NCBI GenBank assembly: GCA_947477015.1
Contig: CANJSM010000001.1
Location: 1 to 53,845, forward strand
Direction of reading: 5' to 3'
From: Legionellaceae bacterium
GTDB lineage: Bacteria; Pseudomonadota; Gammaproteobacteria; Legionellales; Legionellaceae
Length of the DNA: 53,845 nt
Shown here: piece after piece, positions 10,954 to 20,729 of the stretch
How the letters are laid out: each line of letters opens with the position of its first letter
Position numbering within the stretch: the first letter of the stretch is position 1
Translations under genes and position numbers: made by a program
The notes under the pieces: model-generated
Told to the model about the DNA's origin: nothing
Database searches by the model: none
Seen by the model: the letters and a program-made list of their open reading frames with translations, nothing else

Positions 10954-11622
10954 ATGAAATTATTGGCAATTGATACATCTACTGAGCGCGCCTCAGTTGC
11001 GTTAGCGATTGGCGCTGAGGTTTACAGCGATGAGCAAGGCAGCTTGCGTCAGCATGCTCAATTATTACTGCCGATGATAGACGGTTTACTCAAACAAGCC
11101 TCTATGCAATTAAATCAACTCGATGGCATTGTCTTTGGCTGTGGGCCCGGTAGTTTCACCGGCTTGCGTGTAGCTTGTAGCATTGCAAAAGCCTTAGCTT
11201 ATGCCCATGATTTACCGTTGTTTCCGGTCAGTAGCCTAGCTTCCATTGCAGAGGAAGTGTATTTTTCTGACCCTAATTTGGCGCCCGATACCCGCGTATT
11301 GGCGATCTTAGATGCACGCATGCAGCAAGTGTACTGGGCTAATTTTTCGCGAGAAGGGATTTTGTCTCCGGAGCAAGTTTCTGCAGCTGAAGATGTATGT
11401 GTAGCACCCGAACCACTGATTCTAGCTGGAGTAGGATTGGATACCTATGCTTCACAGTTCCCTGCGTCGTTGCAAACGCACATCATCCAGCAACGTGTGG
11501 TGTATCCTGAGGCCCGTGCGATGATACGGCTGGTTAGACGAGGTGATGTTCAAGGCGTTAGTGCGGCACAAGCTATGCCTGTGTATGTGCGAGAATTAGA
11601 GTTTTCGAAAAAAAAGAGTTAA
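10954..11622 (+). CDS. tsaB: tRNA t6A37 biosynthesis protein TsaB
   Basis: MKLLAIDTSTE...GPGSFTGLRV motifs. Confidence 0.9.
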   Translation: MKLLAIDTSTERASVALAIGAEVYSDEQGSLRQHAQLLLPMIDGLLKQASMQLNQLDGIVFGCGPGSFTGLRVACSIAKALAYAHDLPLFPVSSLASIAEEVYFSDPNLAPDTRVLAILDARMQQVYWANFSREGILSPEQVSAAEDVCVAPEPLILAGVGLDTYASQFPASLQTHIIQQRVVYPEARAMIRLVRRGDVQGVSAAQAMPVYVRELEFSKKKS

Positions 11623-11685
11623 TCAAGGTCAGTCGCATATGATATATTGTTGTTAAATACTCACACAAAAATCGAAAACCGCATC

Positions 11686-12147
11686 ATGCAACATTCACCA
11701 CTCAATGTATCAGCTCTTGTGAAAGCCTTAAGTCAGCTAGAGCAAAGTTTGGTTTATTATTATTCAGATGTTGTTCAACAGGATCCTGGTCTGATTCAAC
11801 AGTTACGAGCAGCTGCGATACAAGCTTTCGAGTTTACCTATGAATTAACATGGAAAATGCTGAAGCGTTACTTGGTGTTAACAGAGCCCAATCCGAATGA
11901 GGTTGAGGAGATGTCCTTCCCTGATTTAATTCGAACAGGCTGTGAGAGAGGCTTGTTGCAATCAGAGCTGTCTTTATGGAAAAGTTTTCGTCAGGATCGG
12001 AGTGTGACTAGTCATACGTATGATGATTCAAAAGCGCAAGAGGTTTTCGAGCACATTCCTCTTTTTTTGAGTGAGGCACAAAAATTCCTTCTTGTGTTAC
12101 AAACACGGTTAAAAAATAATGATAGGCCTGATGAAAAACACCATTGA
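11686..12147 (+). CDS. hepT: HEPN-domain toxin, HI0074 family (nucleotidyltransferase substrate-binding protein)
   Basis: IQAFEFTYELTWKMLKRYL core and an intact Rx4H motif (RSVTSH). The ATG at 11686 is preferred over the TTG at 11647. Confidence 0.75.
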   Translation: MQHSPLNVSALVKALSQLEQSLVYYYSDVVQQDPGLIQQLRAAAIQAFEFTYELTWKMLKRYLVLTEPNPNEVEEMSFPDLIRTGCERGLLQSELSLWKSFRQDRSVTSHTYDDSKAQEVFEHIPLFLSEAQKFLLVLQTRLKNNDRPDEKHH

Positions 12148-12148
12148 T

Positions 12149-12472
12149 ATGCGTCCTTCGGATTTGACCCTCACGCGTCAAATTCTTTCAAAACACCTTC
12201 CATCCAATGCAACCGTTTGGGTTTTTGGTTCGAGAGCAAAGGGTGGGGCAAGAATTTTTTCAGATTTAGATTTGATGATAGACAACAATCATCAACCCCT
12301 TCCATTAGCAATACTGACTCAATTATTGGATGAATTTGAGGAGTCTGATTTGCCTTATAAAGTAGATGTTTTAGATTGGAATGGCATTGGTGATGATTTT
12401 CGAACAATGGTTTACCACGAAAGAATTCCACTGTCTTTATTGCCAAACGCTAAACAGTTAAGCGATGATTAA
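12149..12472 (+). CDS. mntA: minimal nucleotidyltransferase (MNT) antitoxin partner of the HEPN protein
   Basis: GSRAKGGARIFSDLDL (GSx10DxD Pol-beta NTase motif). The ATG lies 1 nt after the HEPN stop (TGATATG). Alternative starts exist at 12119 and 12131. Confidence 0.75.
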   Translation: MRPSDLTLTRQILSKHLPSNATVWVFGSRAKGGARIFSDLDLMIDNNHQPLPLAILTQLLDEFEESDLPYKVDVLDWNGIGDDFRTMVYHERIPLSLLPNAKQLSDD

Positions 12473-12544
12473 ATAAGTGTTACAATCCTATTTTTAGTAC
12501 TATCTCGATTGCAACATCGAGTATCTAGCGTATGAGTGGAATCA

Positions 12545-12724
12545 ATGGATAAAAAATTACTCGATATTTTGGTGTGTCCTTTATGCAAAGGCAAGTTGCT
12601 GTTGAAACATCAGGAATTGATCTGTTGTTTTGATAGGTTGGCTTATCCTATTCGTGACGGCATTCCGGTTATGTTGGAAACGGAAGCACGCGTATTGTCG
12701 TTAGAGGAAAAAGATGAGCTGTGA
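12545..12724 (+). CDS. ycaR: Trm112-like UPF0434 protein (YcaR)
   Basis: [14 protein letters not shown]...[11 protein letters not shown], located upstream of kdsB as in enterobacteria. Confidence 0.85.
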   Translation: MDKKLLDILVCPLCKGKLLLKHQELICCFDRLAYPIRDGIPVMLETEARVLSLEEKDEL

Positions 12725-13457
12725 TTTTCATGTGATTATTCCCGCCCGTTATCAATCATCTCGCCTGCCGGGTAAATTGTTAATGGATTTACAGGGACAA
12801 ACCGTGCTTGAACGCGTGTATCGACAAGCGTTAAAAGCAGCTCCAAAGTCTATTCTTATTGCCACAGACAGTGACGCAATTTTTAATGTGGCGACGGAAT
12901 TTGGCGCGCAGGTTGTTATGACGGCAACGACACATCAAACGGGTACAGACCGGATTGCTGAAGCCGTGAAAAAAAACGCTTTTTCAGCTCACGATATTAT
13001 TGTGAACGTGCAAGGTGATGAGCCCTTGATAGCCCCTGAGTTAATCACTCAAGTAGCGAATAGTTTGGCTCAATCCGATGCCCTCATGGCAACCTTGTGT
13101 TGGCCGGTTGAGGAGGTTGCAATGTGTTCCAACCCCAATGTAGTTAAAGTGGTACGTGATTGCAATAATAACGCGCTGTACTTTTCTAGAAGTATGATTC
13201 CTGCTCATCGAGATAACCCTATGAGTTGTCATGGTGTGTTTCGTCACATCGGATTGTACGCGTACCGGGCTTCTTTTTTGCAGGACTTAGTGAATTTACC
13301 GGTGTGCGAACTCGAAACAATGGAGTCACTGGAGCAATTACGGGTGCTGTGGGCGGGTTATAAAATTCGAGTCGATGAAGCTTGCATGCGGCCGTTGCAA
13401 GACATCAATACGGCTGATGATTTAATCGCCGCAAATCGTGAGCTGCAATGTCAATAA
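12714..13457 (+). CDS. kdsB: 3-deoxy-manno-octulosonate cytidylyltransferase
   Basis: [14 protein letters not shown] and VNVQGDEP motifs. Confidence 0.9.
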   Translation: MSCDFHVIIPARYQSSRLPGKLLMDLQGQTVLERVYRQALKAAPKSILIATDSDAIFNVATEFGAQVVMTATTHQTGTDRIAEAVKKNAFSAHDIIVNVQGDEPLIAPELITQVANSLAQSDALMATLCWPVEEVAMCSNPNVVKVVRDCNNNALYFSRSMIPAHRDNPMSCHGVFRHIGLYAYRASFLQDLVNLPVCELETMESLEQLRVLWAGYKIRVDEACMRPLQDINTADDLIAANRELQCQ

Positions 13458-14773
13458 CGATTCTGACTGTTAGCCAACTCAACCGTCATGTACGCGCCTA
13501 CCTCGAACATGAAATGGGTGAAGTCTGTGTTGCCGGAGAGATCTCTAATTTAAGCAAGCCTGCTTCAGGGCACTATTATTTTACGTTAAAAGATGCCTCA
13601 GCACAGGTACGGTGCGTGTATTTTCGCAATCGTCACGTGGGTGCTCTAGGGCAAGCTGTTCAAAATGGGCAGCAGGTTGTTGCTCGTGGAAAATTGAGTT
13701 TGTATGAGGCTCGAGGCGATTATCAGTTAATTGTTGAGCAGCTTGATGAAGCAGGTCAAGGTGATTTATATCGACAATTTGAATTATTAAAAGCGAAACT
13801 GGCGGCCTTAGGCCTGTTTGATCCGGTCCGCAAAAAACCATTGCCTCGTATTCCTGATTGCATTGGCGTCATTACATCATCCACTGGTGCGGCATTGCAC
13901 GATATTTTGACGACATTGGGGCGTCGATTCCCATTGATCCCTGTTATTGTTTACCCCAGTGATGTACAAGGCAAACAAGCCGCGCCACAATTGATCAAAG
14001 CGTTGCAACTCGCTAATCAAGATAAGCGTTGTGAAGTGTTGATTCTTGCACGCGGCGGCGGCAGCATTGAAGATTTATGGGCTTTTAATGACGAACAGCT
14101 GGCATTGGCTATTGCTAATAGTTCAATTCCTGTTGTCTCAGGCGTGGGGCATGAAACCGATTTTACCATTGCTGATTTTGTTGCCGATTTACGTGCGGCG
14201 ACACCAACGGCTGCAGCAGAATCTGTCGTTCCTGACTGGCTTGATTTAATTGCTCGATTGCAGATCATACAACGTGCTTTGACCTCAGCTATGTCACGCT
14301 ATATCAAGCACAAACAGTTGCTTCTTAGTCATGAAGTTCAAAAAATTGCATCTCCCGGTCGTTTGATTAATACCTATTGGCAAACCCTGGATTATTTGGA
14401 TGCTCATTTGCATCGAGCGCAGAAGCAATTGCTCGCACAACAGCAGTATCGATTGCGTATGGCGATGATTCGTTTAGATGCTAAACACCTCAGTGGTTTT
14501 TTACAGCAGTCCCGGTCGCATGTTCAGCATTTAACACATCAACTTAGTCAGAAAATGGCCCTTAAGATAACAGAATCCAAACAGAATTTTATGCAACAAC
14601 TGGCAACCTTGAATGCGGTGAGTCCTTTAGCTACACTGGATAGAGGGTATGCGATAGCGACGTGTCAGAAGACAGTATTGATGAATAGTGTGCAGGTTAA
14701 GGTTGGAGAGCAGATTGATGTAAGGTTAGCAAAAGGGGCCCTAGTGTGCGAGGTTAAACGAATTAACTCATAA
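13448..14773 (+). CDS. xseA: exodeoxyribonuclease VII large subunit
   Basis: N-terminal OB fold (LTVSQLNRHVRAYLE, SGHYYFTLKD) and catalytic region GVITSSTGAALHD...RGGGS.EDL. Confidence 0.9.
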   Translation: MSITILTVSQLNRHVRAYLEHEMGEVCVAGEISNLSKPASGHYYFTLKDASAQVRCVYFRNRHVGALGQAVQNGQQVVARGKLSLYEARGDYQLIVEQLDEAGQGDLYRQFELLKAKLAALGLFDPVRKKPLPRIPDCIGVITSSTGAALHDILTTLGRRFPLIPVIVYPSDVQGKQAAPQLIKALQLANQDKRCEVLILARGGGSIEDLWAFNDEQLALAIANSSIPVVSGVGHETDFTIADFVADLRAATPTAAAESVVPDWLDLIARLQIIQRALTSAMSRYIKHKQLLLSHEVQKIASPGRLINTYWQTLDYLDAHLHRAQKQLLAQQQYRLRMAMIRLDAKHLSGFLQQSRSHVQHLTHQLSQKMALKITESKQNFMQQLATLNAVSPLATLDRGYAIATCQKTVLMNSVQVKVGEQIDVRLAKGALVCEVKRINS

Positions 14774-14784
14774 GAAGACCCGCT

Positions 14785-15360
14785 ATGCTTGATGAATTTA
14801 TAAATAGCTTAATTGTTCTGGTGAATCAAACAAAAAACAACCTGCCTATTTTGGGTGTGATCGTTACCGTGCTCTGGGGTGTTTTTTTGATGACTTCAAT
14901 CGAAAAACGACTATTAATGCTGGGTATTATACCTAGAAGACTGTATGGTTTGCCGGGCATTTTGTTTGCGCCATTATTGCATGCAAATTTTAATCATTTG
15001 TTTTTTAATACGATCCCAATGGTTGTCTTGAGTAATTTTTTGCTCATTAACGGATTGAATTATTTTTTAATCGTGACATTGGCAATTACTTTATTAAGTG
15101 GTGTATTGATTTGGTGTTTTGCAAAGCCCGGTTTACATATTGGTGCTAGTGCTCTTATTACTGGATACTGGGGATTGTTGGTGAGTAATATTTATCAACA
15201 GGCTACGACCCTGTCCATCATTCTTGGGCTTATCAGCATGTATTACTTTGCCGGGATTTTATACGGCGTATTTCCTGGCGAAAAAGGTGTTTCTTGGCAA
15301 GGGCATTTGTTTGGGTTGATTGCCGGATTAATCACGGGATATATGTTTGCTCTTAATTAA
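14785..15360 (+). CDS. rhomboid-family intramembrane serine protease
   Basis: Six TM helices, HxxxN (HANFNHL), a GASALI serine motif and a downstream GHLFGLIAG histidine helix. Confidence 0.75.
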   Translation: MLDEFINSLIVLVNQTKNNLPILGVIVTVLWGVFLMTSIEKRLLMLGIIPRRLYGLPGILFAPLLHANFNHLFFNTIPMVVLSNFLLINGLNYFLIVTLAITLLSGVLIWCFAKPGLHIGASALITGYWGLLVSNIYQQATTLSIILGLISMYYFAGILYGVFPGEKGVSWQGHLFGLIAGLITGYMFALN

Positions 15361-15374
15361 TAGGTGGCATTATC

Positions 15375-16943
15375 ATGCTAAAACGAGACATATCCAGAAC
15401 CAATGTATTAATTGCCGCAGCGGGCGGGATGATAGGATCCGGCTGGTTGTTCAGCCCCTTCATTTGCGCGCAAATTGCAGGCAGCAACGCATTAGTTAGT
15501 TGGCTGATTGGCGGGCTCTTTATGTTGTTTATTGCCTTGCCGCTGTGTGAGTTAGGGGCTATGTTTCCTATTTCTGGCGGTATGACCAATTACCCTAGCT
15601 TTACGCACGGCAGTGATGTCGGATTTTTATTTGCATGGACGTCTTGGTTGTCTTATGTTGTGATGACCCCGATTGAAATACAGGCTATTTTGCAATACTC
15701 CGGGCGTTTGTTTCCGATTTTAGTGGCTAAACATACCACTGCGTTTGAATTGTCTGCGGTAGGGTATGCTGCGGCTGTTTTTATAATGTTCTGTGTAGTT
15801 TTATTAAACTCATTCGGCATTAAATTGTTGGCTCAGTGCAACCGATATGCCAGTATTATTAAGTTTATTCTCCCAAGTATCGCTGTTGTGTCGCTGATTA
15901 CCATTTCACCAACATTTCAAAATATTCATATTCACTTGTCTGATAAAGCGGGCTGGGCTCAAATATTTTCTGCTTTATCGGTAGGGGGGATAGCGTTTGC
16001 CTTTACCGGATTTCAGAATGGATTAATGCTTGCAGGAGAAGTGGTCAATCCACAACGCAACATCCCTATAGCCATTTTGGGTGCGGTATTGATAGGTTTT
16101 ATTCTTTATTTTATGTTGCAACTGAGCTTTTTGGTTGCAGTGCCCACTCAGTACTTAACACAAGGTTGGCAGCATTTAACGTTTCCTGGAGACAGTGGCC
16201 CCTTGGTGGGTTTGTTGCTATTGGTGGGCTTAACTTGGGTTGCGATTCTTTTGATGGGTGATGCCATGTTATCTCCATTTGGAACGACCCTTGTATATAC
16301 CGCTGCGACGTCACGAATTGTTTATGGCATGGCACTGAATCATCATTTGCCTACCGTGTTTACAAAACTCAATAAATATAAAATCCCCTATATTACCCTT
16401 TATGCCAATTTCCTAGTGGGAGCCTTATCATTTTTACCCTTTCCGGGCTGGCAAAAAATGGTTGCTTTTTTATCATCCTGCAGTATATTGTCCTATGGAA
16501 TTGGTCCGATTTGTTTGTTGGCAATGAGAACATTGCAACCTAATTTGCAGCGACCATTCAAATTATCGTGCAGTTTGTTGTTCTCGTATATTGCCTTTTA
16601 TGTCAGTAATTTAATGCTCTACTGGTGTGGCTTTGATATTTTGTGGAAATTGGATTTGGCGTTATTGGTTGGGTTGGTGATAAATTTGTTGTATCAAAAA
16701 CGCAGTGTTCTGTCATGTAATCGTAGTTTTTATTGGTTTGCAGGCTATATGCTGGCTTTATTACTGTTGTCTTACTTGGGCTCCTTTGGAGGCATTGGGG
16801 TCTTAAGCTTTCCAATCGATGTCGCCATTATTTTGCCTCTTAGTATGGCTGTATTGTATCTATCACAACAGGTGATTGTGAGTGAGGCTGATAATCAAAA
16901 AGCGATATCTGACATCATGTTGGCCGAGGCGGTAGAGATCTAA
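15375..16943 (+). CDS. APC-superfamily amino acid permease
   Basis: Profile of 12 or more TM helices, with N-terminal motif AAGGMIGSGWLF typical of APC transporters. Confidence 0.8.
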   Translation: MLKRDISRTNVLIAAAGGMIGSGWLFSPFICAQIAGSNALVSWLIGGLFMLFIALPLCELGAMFPISGGMTNYPSFTHGSDVGFLFAWTSWLSYVVMTPIEIQAILQYSGRLFPILVAKHTTAFELSAVGYAAAVFIMFCVVLLNSFGIKLLAQCNRYASIIKFILPSIAVVSLITISPTFQNIHIHLSDKAGWAQIFSALSVGGIAFAFTGFQNGLMLAGEVVNPQRNIPIAILGAVLIGFILYFMLQLSFLVAVPTQYLTQGWQHLTFPGDSGPLVGLLLLVGLTWVAILLMGDAMLSPFGTTLVYTAATSRIVYGMALNHHLPTVFTKLNKYKIPYITLYANFLVGALSFLPFPGWQKMVAFLSSCSILSYGIGPICLLAMRTLQPNLQRPFKLSCSLLFSYIAFYVSNLMLYWCGFDILWKLDLALLVGLVINLLYQKRSVLSCNRSFYWFAGYMLALLLLSYLGSFGGIGVLSFPIDVAIILPLSMAVLYLSQQVIVSEADNQKAISDIMLAEAVEI

Positions 16944-17545
16944 TGCTTGAAGTGAACCACCTGAATTTTGATTACAACGACAAGCCCTTACTGCAGGACG
17001 TGCATTTTACTGTCAAACCAGGGCAATTGTTGCATTTACAAGGTCATAATGGTGCTGGTAAAACAACCCTATTGAAACTGCTGGCGGGATTATTACATCC
17101 AGCTGAAGGCGAGATACGTTATCAACATCGGCTAATTACCGATGATTTGGCAGACTACCAACAATCTATGTGTTATGTGGGTCATAAAGCAGGCATCAGT
17201 CAAGTATTAACCGTACGGGAAAATTGTCAGTTTGAGTTGCAGCGCGGACCGCATTGCATGCCGTTTGAAGAGTTAATCGATCGATTTTCATTAACCGGCT
17301 TGGAAGAGGTGCCGTGTGGCTTGTTGTCCACGGGGCAACGTCGACGGGTTGGATTACTGCGTATTTTGATGTCGGATGTGTCCCTCTGGTTATTGGATGA
17401 ACCTTTGGTGGCTCTCGATCAAGATGCGGTAATGATCTTGATGGACTGTTTTGGCCAACACCTTGAAAAAGGCAGACAAATTGTATTGACGTCTCATCAG
17501 CCACTGCCTTTGTTTGATAAGGATTGTTTGGACTATTGTTTATGA
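16943..17545 (+). CDS. ccmA: cytochrome c maturation ABC ATPase CcmA
   Basis: Walker A GHNGAGKTTLLK, signature LSTGQRRR and Walker B LWLLDEP, with the short CcmA-type length. Confidence 0.85.
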   Translation: MLEVNHLNFDYNDKPLLQDVHFTVKPGQLLHLQGHNGAGKTTLLKLLAGLLHPAEGEIRYQHRLITDDLADYQQSMCYVGHKAGISQVLTVRENCQFELQRGPHCMPFEELIDRFSLTGLEEVPCGLLSTGQRRRVGLLRILMSDVSLWLLDEPLVALDQDAVMILMDCFGQHLEKGRQIVLTSHQPLPLFDKDCLDYCL

Positions 17546-18219
17546 TCATCTTCTTTATTTTTATACGTCAGCTAACGAGAGAACTGCTGATGCAAGGGCG
17601 TCAGTTACGCATGACTGTTAATGCGTCTTTGTTTTTTTTAATGGTCATGGTTTTTTTCCCGCTAACGATGCCTCCTGATGAGTCTTTATTACGGACGATC
17701 TTACCAGGCTTAGTTTGGATTGCGGTATTGTTGTCATTGTTACTCTCGTCCGAACGCTTGTTTCAACAAGATTATGATGACGGGGTGATCGAGCAATGGT
17801 TAGTTTCGGGTTATCCTGTGAGCGTTTTTGTCGTTGCCAAAGTCATGGTGCATTGGCTGTCCACGATAATCCCAATTATTGTGTTTTGCCCTTTATTGGG
17901 GGTGTTGTTTACCTTGAATGCACATGAAACAGGCATTTTAATGCTTAGTTTATTGTGTGGAACCCCCGCTATTTTATTTCTCTGTGCTTTGGCGGCAGCA
18001 TTTGGTACTGGGTTGAGGCAAAAAGGGGTTTTAATGGCACTGATTTTATTGCCATTGACTATCCCGGTTATGATCTTTGGAAGTGGCGCAATTACCGCGG
18101 CAATGCAAGGGCTCCCTGTATTGGGTTATTTGGCTATATTGCTCGCTATATCTGTCATCGCTCTCGGCTTTTTACCGTTCGCTATTGCTGCGATTGCGCG
18201 AGTGGGTTTTGTGGATTAA
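17542..18219 (+). CDS. ccmB: heme exporter membrane protein CcmB
   Basis: Six-TM protein immediately after ccmA, with an ATGA overlap at 17542-17545 and the DGVIEQW motif. Confidence 0.8.
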   Translation: MIIFFIFIRQLTRELLMQGRQLRMTVNASLFFLMVMVFFPLTMPPDESLLRTILPGLVWIAVLLSLLLSSERLFQQDYDDGVIEQWLVSGYPVSVFVVAKVMVHWLSTIIPIIVFCPLLGVLFTLNAHETGILMLSLLCGTPAILFLCALAAAFGTGLRQKGVLMALILLPLTIPVMIFGSGAITAAMQGLPVLGYLAILLAISVIALGFLPFAIAAIARVGFVD

Positions 18220-18289
18220 TCCTTGCGACTCAAGTGCTGCAGCGGTATAGTCTCATGTTCAACCTCTAATTTCAGCAAGACAGACCAAT

Positions 18290-18730
18290 ATGAGCATTGA
18301 AATATACACAGACGGCGCGTGCAAAGGCAACCCAGGTCCTGGTGGATGGGGTGCGATATTACGTTTTAACGATCAAGAAAAAGAACTCAAAGGGGCTGAG
18401 CCTCATACCACCAACAACCGCATGGAGTTGATGGCGGCTATTCAAGGATTAATGGCGTTAACAAGGCCTTGCAAGGTGGCATTGTATACCGATTCACAAT
18501 ACTTGCGGCAAGGCATGATGGGGTGGTTGGCGCAATGGAAAAAGTCAGGTTGGCGTAACTCTAAAAAAGAGCCGGTGAAAAACATGGATCTCTGGCAACA
18601 ACTGGATGAGTTGGCGCAACGTCATCAAATCAGTTGGCACTGGGTCAAAGGCCATTCAGGACATCCTGAAAATGAACGCGCGGATACCTTGGCGAATGAG
18701 GCGATTGAAACCCTGTTGGGAATTGCCTAA
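18290..18730 (+). CDS. rnhA: ribonuclease HI
   Basis: [25 protein letters not shown] and TDSQY motifs. Confidence 0.95.
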   Translation: MSIEIYTDGACKGNPGPGGWGAILRFNDQEKELKGAEPHTTNNRMELMAAIQGLMALTRPCKVALYTDSQYLRQGMMGWLAQWKKSGWRNSKKEPVKNMDLWQQLDELAQRHQISWHWVKGHSGHPENERADTLANEAIETLLGIA

Positions 18731-18732
18731 CC

Positions 18733-19431
18733 ATGAGACAAATTATACTCGATACTGAAACCACCGGTATTGGCCCAGAACTTGGCCATCGCGTGATTGA
18801 AATTGGTTGCGTTGAGTTACTCAATCGCAAACTCACTGGCAATCATTTTCACGTCTATTTAAATCCGCAACGTGATGTCGATGAAGGGGCGTTTAGAGTT
18901 CATGGTATTAGCACAGAATTTCTGCAAGATAAGCCTTTATTTAGTGACGTGTTGGCTGAATTCCTAAAGTTTATAGACGGAGCAGAGCTCATTATTCATA
19001 ATGCTCCGTTCGATGTCGGTTTTTTAAACGCAGAATTAAAACGAGCGAAGTGGCTCAAGTCCCTTGATGCGCACTGCACTGTGTTTGATACGTTGGTGTT
19101 GGCGCGAAAAAAGCACCCCGGTCAGCGCAATAGTTTGGATGCATTGTGCAAGCGTTATGATATAGATAATTCCAACCGCCAACTGCATGGCGCGCTGCTC
19201 GATGCGGAAATTCTTGCGTTTGTCTACCTTGCTATGACGGGTGGACAAACCCAATTATTTGTTGAAGAAGAGGCCTCGGGTGCGCGTATAAATGAGCAGA
19301 CAAATCAAGTCATCCAAACCTTAAGCACGCAGTCTCCAGTGACCGCTGCTAGTTTGGATGAGTTGAACCGCCATGATGAGTTTATTCAATTTTTAGTTAA
19401 AAAATCAGGCGTTAATCGTTGGTGTGATTAA
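18733..19431 (+). CDS. dnaQ: DNA polymerase III epsilon subunit (proofreading exonuclease)
   Basis: ExoI ILDTETTG, ExoII HNAPFDVGFL and ExoIII HGALLDAEIL. Confidence 0.95.
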   Translation: MRQIILDTETTGIGPELGHRVIEIGCVELLNRKLTGNHFHVYLNPQRDVDEGAFRVHGISTEFLQDKPLFSDVLAEFLKFIDGAELIIHNAPFDVGFLNAELKRAKWLKSLDAHCTVFDTLVLARKKHPGQRNSLDALCKRYDIDNSNRQLHGALLDAEILAFVYLAMTGGQTQLFVEEEASGARINEQTNQVIQTLSTQSPVTAASLDELNRHDEFIQFLVKKSGVNRWCD

Positions 19432-19450
19432 GGACTGAGGTGTTCATTAT

Positions 19451-20587
19451 TTAGGTGGGTAGCAAGCTGCTGCCACTTTTTTTTAGAGCATCATAGTCCT
19501 CATCAGTTTTAACAGGAAACAGTTCGTCTTCTGCCCAACCGAAAGAATGACTCCAACCTCGCTCCTTTAGCATCGTCTGTTGGACCATTTCCGTATCTGC
19601 TTTAGAGCAATGATAATATCCTATGGCCGATACAAATTTTTCAAGGGACTGACGCCTTGATGGTCTGCAATCGTTTTGTAGGGAGTTTGTAATATCAATC
19701 GTATATCTTAGCACTTTTGTAAATTCTAATGTAAAAATGTTATAGACAGAGAGAGTGGTCTTTTGACAACGCTCGGGAGATCGGGCTGGGAAAAAAGAAT
19801 GATCAACTGCCCCTACTTTTTTTGTAATTGATTTATAATAATGAATTGCGAAGCAAGGCTCATTATTCTTATTCCAACATTTGATGGCTCGCATGTCTCT
19901 CTCGGTACCATTCAATTCCACATCAAGCGCTGTTACTTCTCTTAATTTCTGACCAAATTTAAAAATTACAAGACGTTGATTGTTTTTACCACTGGATTCT
20001 GAATCGGGTTTTTGCTCGAGTACCAATAGGTGTTGATCAGGTAAGTCAAAAACGAGAGTGTTTATAGTGCTTGTTTGAGGAAATCGTTTTGTACTAATCA
20101 ACGCGCCTTCTATTGTATACTCATTGAGGCCGCCATTCGTCATGCAAACCAGGATGTTGCCGTTACTGCGCAGTAAACAGTTGGGCAATTTGCTGGTATT
20201 AATAGTTTGAAAATCTACTTCAATAGCCCGTTGGTATTGACCTGTGATAGAGTAAATGTATATGCCTTTTTTGAGTGTGTCACCATCGAACATCTCATTA
20301 GGGATGTTTCTAAAATGAGTGGCTAGAGGTTCGCTCTTCTGTGCAGATATGCGTCTTTGAAAAAAATTATCTGTGATTTGTTGTTGCTCAACAAAAATTG
20401 CAAGTTCCTTGTTCCAAAGTTGAAACATGGTTCTTGCTTCAAAAGGAAGGTGGGTTTCTATGGTTGCACCTTGAAAATCTCTTTTAAGTATTGCATTCTT
20501 ACATCCGGGACCATAAGCTCTTTCAAGCGGTTGTGTCAAAGCAACGGTACCTTCTTGCGGAGGGACTTCAGGTCGTGATCTAGCCAT
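19451..20587 (-). CDS. orphan hypothetical protein, 378 aa (candidate secreted effector)
   Basis: Long ORF with a strong RBS (AAGGAG 6 nt before the ATG). It has no signal peptide and no recognisable domain. The C-terminus is acidic and polar (...EDELFPVKTDEDYDALKKSGSSLLPT). Confidence 0.7.
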   Translation of the reverse strand: MARSRPEVPPQEGTVALTQPLERAYGPGCKNAILKRDFQGATIETHLPFEARTMFQLWNKELAIFVEQQQITDNFFQRRISAQKSEPLATHFRNIPNEMFDGDTLKKGIYIYSITGQYQRAIEVDFQTINTSKLPNCLLRSNGNILVCMTNGGLNEYTIEGALISTKRFPQTSTINTLVFDLPDQHLLVLEQKPDSESSGKNNQRLVIFKFGQKLREVTALDVELNGTERDMRAIKCWNKNNEPCFAIHYYKSITKKVGAVDHSFFPARSPERCQKTTLSVYNIFTLEFTKVLRYTIDITNSLQNDCRPSRRQSLEKFVSAIGYYHCSKADTEMVQQTMLKERGWSHSFGWAEDELFPVKTDEDYDALKKSGSSLLPT

Positions 20588-20666
20588 TTCAGGCTCCTTG
20601 TATACGTTTAAAAATTTTCATCATACCATATTTTGTAAATTAGCCCGTTTTTTGTTCTAAAATTAC

Positions 20667-20694
20667 TTGAAATGCTCTATATTTGGTCTAATAT
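20667..20694 (+). promoter_or_regulatory. candidate sigma70 promoter for the L,D-transpeptidase gene
   Basis: TTGAAA, a 16-nt spacer, then TAATAT, about 35 nt upstream of the ATG at 20730. Confidence 0.4.
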
Positions 20695-20729
20695 AACTTT
20701 GTGGACTCGAATTATATAGGACATTGATC

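Noticed and set aside
17955-18269. 104-aa plus-strand ORF overlapping the 3' half of ccmB.
   Set aside because: It is an out-of-frame overlap with a convincing 6-TM CcmB. Its Trp/Cys/Arg-rich composition is typical of a wrong frame.
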